DNA from: Myxococcota bacterium
GTDB taxonomy: Bacteria; Myxococcota; JACRCW01
DNA length: 43,302 nt
Assembly: GCA_040752415.1 (NCBI GenBank)
Contig: JBFMGU010000066.1
Span: 1 to 43,302, forward strand
Reading direction: 5' to 3'
A program made the translations under genes and the position numbers. Positions 40,008 to 43,302 of the stretch are shown one piece after another (the stretch's first letter is position 1; every line of letters begins with the position of its first letter). Below the pieces are notes generated by a model. The model saw only the letters and a list, made by a program, of their open reading frames with translations. It was not told where the DNA came from and did not search any database.

Positions 40008-41264
40008 TCAGCCGTGCATGGGCGCGCCGGCTGTCGTCGGGGAACCGGTGGGCTCCTCCGGCAGGCGCGCAAAGGAGCGCATGGTGAAGACCACCGCCAA
40101 CGCCGCGAAGAATGCTCCGGCAAAGAACGCCACGCCCGGCACCTGCAGCGGTGCGCGCGCGCTGGTGAAATAGCCGAAGAGGTGCGTGAAGAAGACCGGC
40201 CCGGCAATTCCCGTGAGGCTCATCAGTCCGGCCAACGCGCCCTGCACCGCGCCCTGTTCCTTGGGGGAGACGTGCCGGGAGATGAGCGACTGCGCCGAGG
40301 GACCCGCAATGCCGCCCAGGCTGCCCACGGCCAGGAACGCGTAGAGCATCCATCCTTCCGTGGCCACGCCGTACAGGATGAACGCCACGCTGGTGATGGC
40401 CATGCCCAACAGGAGCGCGCGTCGCTCACCCACCTTTTTCACCAGCACGCCGGTCAGTCCGCCCTGGACCACCGCGGCACAGATTCCCACGACGGAGAGG
40501 GAGAGACCGTTCTGCATCTCCGTCCAGTGGTAGCGGTAGGTGGTGTACAGCACCCAGGTGCTCTGCAGTCCCTGGTGCGCCAGGCTGACGAGGACAAAGG
40601 TCACCGCCAGACCCAGCACCATGGGGTAGCGGCCCAGCACGCCCAGCGTGGCCAACGGGTTGGCCTTGTTGAGCTGCAGCGCGGTGCGACGTTCCCGCGG
40701 CAACGACTCCGGCAGGATGAAGAAGCCATACGCCGCGTTGAGCAGGTTGAGCGCGCTGGCAACCATGAACGGCACGCGCGGGCCCATGCCGCCCAGCAGC
40801 CCGCCCAGCGCCGGTCCCAGGATGAAGCCAATGCCAAACACCGCGCCCAGGAGCCCGAAGCTCTGCGCGCGCTTCTCCGGCGGGCTGACGTCGGCAATGT
40901 ACGCGTTCACCGCGGTGATGTTGGCGCCGGTGATGCCGCTGATGACGCGCCCCACGAACAGCCACTCCAGCGACGGAGCAAACGCCATCATCAGGTAGTC
41001 CAGTCCCGCGCCCATCAGGCTGAGCAGGATGATGGGTCTCCGCCCGTACATGTCACTGAGCGAGCCCAGCACGGGCGAGAAGAGGAACTGCATGAGCGCG
41101 TACACCGCCACGAACCAGCCGAACGTGCCGGAGGACTCGCTGATGTCGCCGCCGCCAAAACTGGTCACCAGCTTGGGGAGCACGGGGATGATGAGCCCCA
41201 GCCCGAGCACGTCGAGCAGCAAGGTGACCATGATGAATGCAACGGCTGGGGTTTTCTTGGGCAC
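40008..41264 (-). CDS. TCR/Tet (TetA-like, DHA1) MFS transporter
   Basis: LDVLGLGLIIPVLP, GSLSDMYGRRP (motif A), GRVISGITGA, AYIAD, GFILGPALGG, LPESL, QGAVQG. Confidence 0.92.
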   Translation of the reverse strand: MPKKTPAVAFIMVTLLLDVLGLGLIIPVLPKLVTSFGGGDISESSGTFGWFVAVYALMQFLFSPVLGSLSDMYGRRPIILLSLMGAGLDYLMMAFAPSLEWLFVGRVISGITGANITAVNAYIADVSPPEKRAQSFGLLGAVFGIGFILGPALGGLLGGMGPRVPFMVASALNLLNAAYGFFILPESLPRERRTALQLNKANPLATLGVLGRYPMVLGLAVTFVLVSLAHQGLQSTWVLYTTYRYHWTEMQNGLSLSVVGICAAVVQGGLTGVLVKKVGERRALLLGMAITSVAFILYGVATEGWMLYAFLAVGSLGGIAGPSAQSLISRHVSPKEQGAVQGALAGLMSLTGIAGPVFFTHLFGYFTSARAPLQVPGVAFFAGAFFAALAVVFTMRSFARLPEEPTGSPTTAGAPMHG

Positions 41265-41543
41265 GGCGGTCTCCCGCGAAAGGGGCGCAATTCATATCGG
41301 ATGCCGGTGACGGCGCAAGATGATGTTCGTCGCCTGACGACGTATCTCGCGCGTCCTTCGGGGCGGGTCATGACGTGGTGGCCGCGTGCGCCGGGTTGAG
41401 GACGAAGTCCGCGCGCTGGGGCCTTTCTCACGCCTGCGCCACAGGTTCCGCGTTGGTGCGCTTCATCTGCCGTCCCAGCCCAAATCCGCGTCTCCCACTT
41501 GCGCGGACCAGGGGCTGTACCTATTGATGCCGTCACGTCGCCC

Positions 41544-41867
41544 ATGCGCACGCTTGCCTGGCTCCTCCGCTGCCTGCTGATCCTGATGCTCGGCTTTGCC
41601 CCGGGCATGCGGGTGGTTTCCACGCTTGCCGCTCAAGAGGAGCAGACCGAGTGCCGCGAAGGTGACGACGGTGCGCACCACCGGCACACCACCCCGCTCT
41701 CCGCTCCCGGGAAGGCCCGGAGTGTTCGGCATCGGCCCGTTTCGTCGGTGCTGGCGGTGGCCTCGGGCGGGATGCAGGTGCAGCGCGCCGTGGAACGCTC
41801 CCGGATGCCCCGGCGCACCGTGCCGCGGGGGGAAGACCCTCCGGAAGAACCGGTGATGCCGGCCTGA
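41544..41867 (+). CDS. Small hypothetical protein with N-terminal hydrophobic segment, upstream of carbonic anhydrase
   Basis: MRTLAWLLRCLLILMLGFAPG signal/TM-like start and HHRH cluster; fills an otherwise empty gap; no family recognised. Confidence 0.4.
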   Translation: MRTLAWLLRCLLILMLGFAPGMRVVSTLAAQEEQTECREGDDGAHHRHTTPLSAPGKARSVRHRPVSSVLAVASGGMQVQRAVERSRMPRRTVPRGEDPPEEPVMPA

Positions 41868-41971
41868 GCCGGTTCCCAACCCGTTCATGACGTCGTGGGC
41901 TTCCAGCATTCCGCTGGAGGGCTTGTCCATTTGTCTTCATGCGGCCTGTGCGGCCGTCGAGGAAGTCATCC

Positions 41972-42625
41972 ATGCAGAAGCTTGTTCAAGGAATTCATCG
42001 TTTCCAGTCGCAGGTGTTCGCGGAACAGCGGTTGCTCTTCGAGCGGCTGGCCAATGGTCAGCAGCCGGAGGTTCTGTTCATCACCTGCTCGGACAGTCGC
42101 ATTGTCCCCAACCTGATCACGCAGACGGACCCGGGGGACCTGTTCATCATCCGCAACGCCGGCAACATCATTCCGCCCTACAGCCCGGATGCGGGCGGGG
42201 AGCAGGCCTCCATCGAGTTTGCCGTCGAGGCGCTGGGGGTGAAGCACGTGGTGGTGTGTGGCCACTCCCGTTGCGGGGCCATGAAGGCGCTGCTCCATCC
42301 CGCGGGCACGGAGCGTTTTCCGTCGGTGACGCACTGGCTGACGCACGCGGAGGCCACGCGACGCATCATGCAGGACCACTACCAGCACCTGGACGGAGAC
42401 CGGCTGACCACCGCCACCGCCGAGGAGAACGTGCTCGTGCAGCTGGAGAACCTGCAGACCCATGCCGCGGTGCGCTCAGCCATGCGCGCCAAGAAGCTCA
42501 CGCTGCACGGCTGGGTCTACAAGATCGAGACGGGGCAGGTGTTCCACTACGAAGCGGGCAGCGGCCAGTTCCTTCCGCTCTCGTCGGAGCGCACCGCCAC
42601 GCCTGAGGCGCACGCTCCGTTGTGA
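41972..42625 (+). CDS. Beta-class carbonic anhydrase (CynT/IcfA-like)
   Basis: ITCSDSR, RNAGN, EFAV, GHSRCGAM zinc ligands, ENV..Q..NL, LHGWVY. Confidence 0.95.
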   Translation: MQKLVQGIHRFQSQVFAEQRLLFERLANGQQPEVLFITCSDSRIVPNLITQTDPGDLFIIRNAGNIIPPYSPDAGGEQASIEFAVEALGVKHVVVCGHSRCGAMKALLHPAGTERFPSVTHWLTHAEATRRIMQDHYQHLDGDRLTTATAEENVLVQLENLQTHAAVRSAMRAKKLTLHGWVYKIETGQVFHYEAGSGQFLPLSSERTATPEAHAPL

Positions 42626-42645
42626 CGCGGGACGGCCGGTCCGGG

Positions 42646-42675
42646 GCACCTGGGTGGTTCCATCCGCCCGGGTGC
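42646..42675. terminator. Possible hairpin terminator between convergent genes
   Basis: GCACCTGGGTGG/CCGCCCGGGTGC 12-bp stem (two G-U pairs), 6-nt loop; no U-tract. Confidence 0.3.
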
Positions 42676-42693
42676 GCCCGCGTCTTCACGGCG

Positions 42694-43302
42694 TCACGGC
42701 AGGACCACGGACCGGTAATCCGCGTTGGTGAAGGAGATGGCGCCGCCGTAGTTGGTCTCCGTGCGGATGCGCGCCGAGCCGGTCTCACCCTTGGCGTTGC
42801 GGTACTGCACGTCCATCTCAATCCAGTCATGGCCGTTGGTGTAGAGCGGCACGGTGCCGGGACGGGAATGGTGGTTGGCGGTGATGGAGGTGATCTCCAC
42901 GTCGGAGCCGGAGCGCCGCAGCGCCTCATTTGCCGTGTTCTTCAGGAAGTCCATGTTGGCCTTCTGTTGCGGCGTGGCCGGTCCGCCGTCGCGCTGGAAC
43001 TCGTCGGCCCACGCCGTGCACAACAAGGCGGCGCCGCCAAGCATCGGCTGCAGCACGTGTTTGCCGGTGGCCTTGCGCTGGGTGTGCATCTCGTCCAGCA
43101 CGTCCATCACCGCGCCGGTGGCCGCCTGTTTGTTGTCGGCGGGGTACTGCGGATTCCGGTCCAGCACGGGCTGGCCGTTGTAGGGTGACGACGGACCCGT
43201 CGTGCCCACGCCCGCGCTCGCCGAGGCGGTGGCCTGCGCTTCCAGCCGCTGTCGCACCTGGGCTTCCGCGCGTTGTTGTCCCTGGCGCGCCGCGCCCGCC
43301 TT
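42694..43302 (-). CDS. Hypothetical protein, 5' end outside the window
   Basis: Frame of ORF 42694-43257 stays open to the window end; GC3-biased codons. Confidence 0.7.
   Translation of the reverse strand, partial: KAGAARQGQQRAEAQVRQRLEAQATASASAGVGTTGPSSPYNGQPVLDRNPQYPADNKQAATGAVMDVLDEMHTQRKATGKHVLQPMLGGAALLCTAWADEFQRDGGPATPQQKANMDFLKNTANEALRRSGSDVEITSITANHHSRPGTVPLYTNGHDWIEMDVQYRNAKGETGSARIRTETNYGGAISFTNADYRSVVLP

Noticed and set aside
40008..41264. Acquired tetracycline resistance gene
   Set aside because: Family-level similarity only; no tetR or mobile context; substrate cannot be inferred.

Overview
High-GC chromosomal segment, most likely from a myxobacterium or related Myxococcota (PilZ/TIGR02266-type Ser/Thr kinase, many Ser-rich lipoproteins). 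I can support about 32 CDS; most ORFs in the supplied track are GC-rich shadow frames. I saw no rRNA, tRNA, CRISPR array, transposase or integrase. Recognisable genes include an MltD-type lytic transglycosylase, an Ntn hydrolase, an M2/ACE peptidase, a GT1 glycosyltransferase, a sarcosine/dimethylglycine dehydrogenase-like enzyme, a lipase, a crotonase, a VOC protein, a HrpB-like helicase, a TetA-like MFS transporter and a beta-carbonic anhydrase. The most interesting items are: (1) an aldo-keto reductase + PNKP-like kinase + HAD-IIIA phosphatase fusion that could heal 5'-aldehyde/3'-phosphate nucleic-acid breaks; (2) a compact cluster of an AurF-like diiron enzyme, an orphan protein with the five-beta-hairpin pattern of ABBA prenyltransferases, and an atypical GNAT; (3) a 1235-aa LysM protein with three beta-rich repeats and no signal peptide; (4) three different fold-back REPIN/MITE-like intergenic elements, two sharing a 15-bp core; (5) a degenerate UshA-like CxC protein fused to a tetraheme cytochrome and coupled to mltD; (6) a lipoprotein with a very acidic tandem-repeat tail. 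All family assignments come from recognising motifs by eye, not from database searches.
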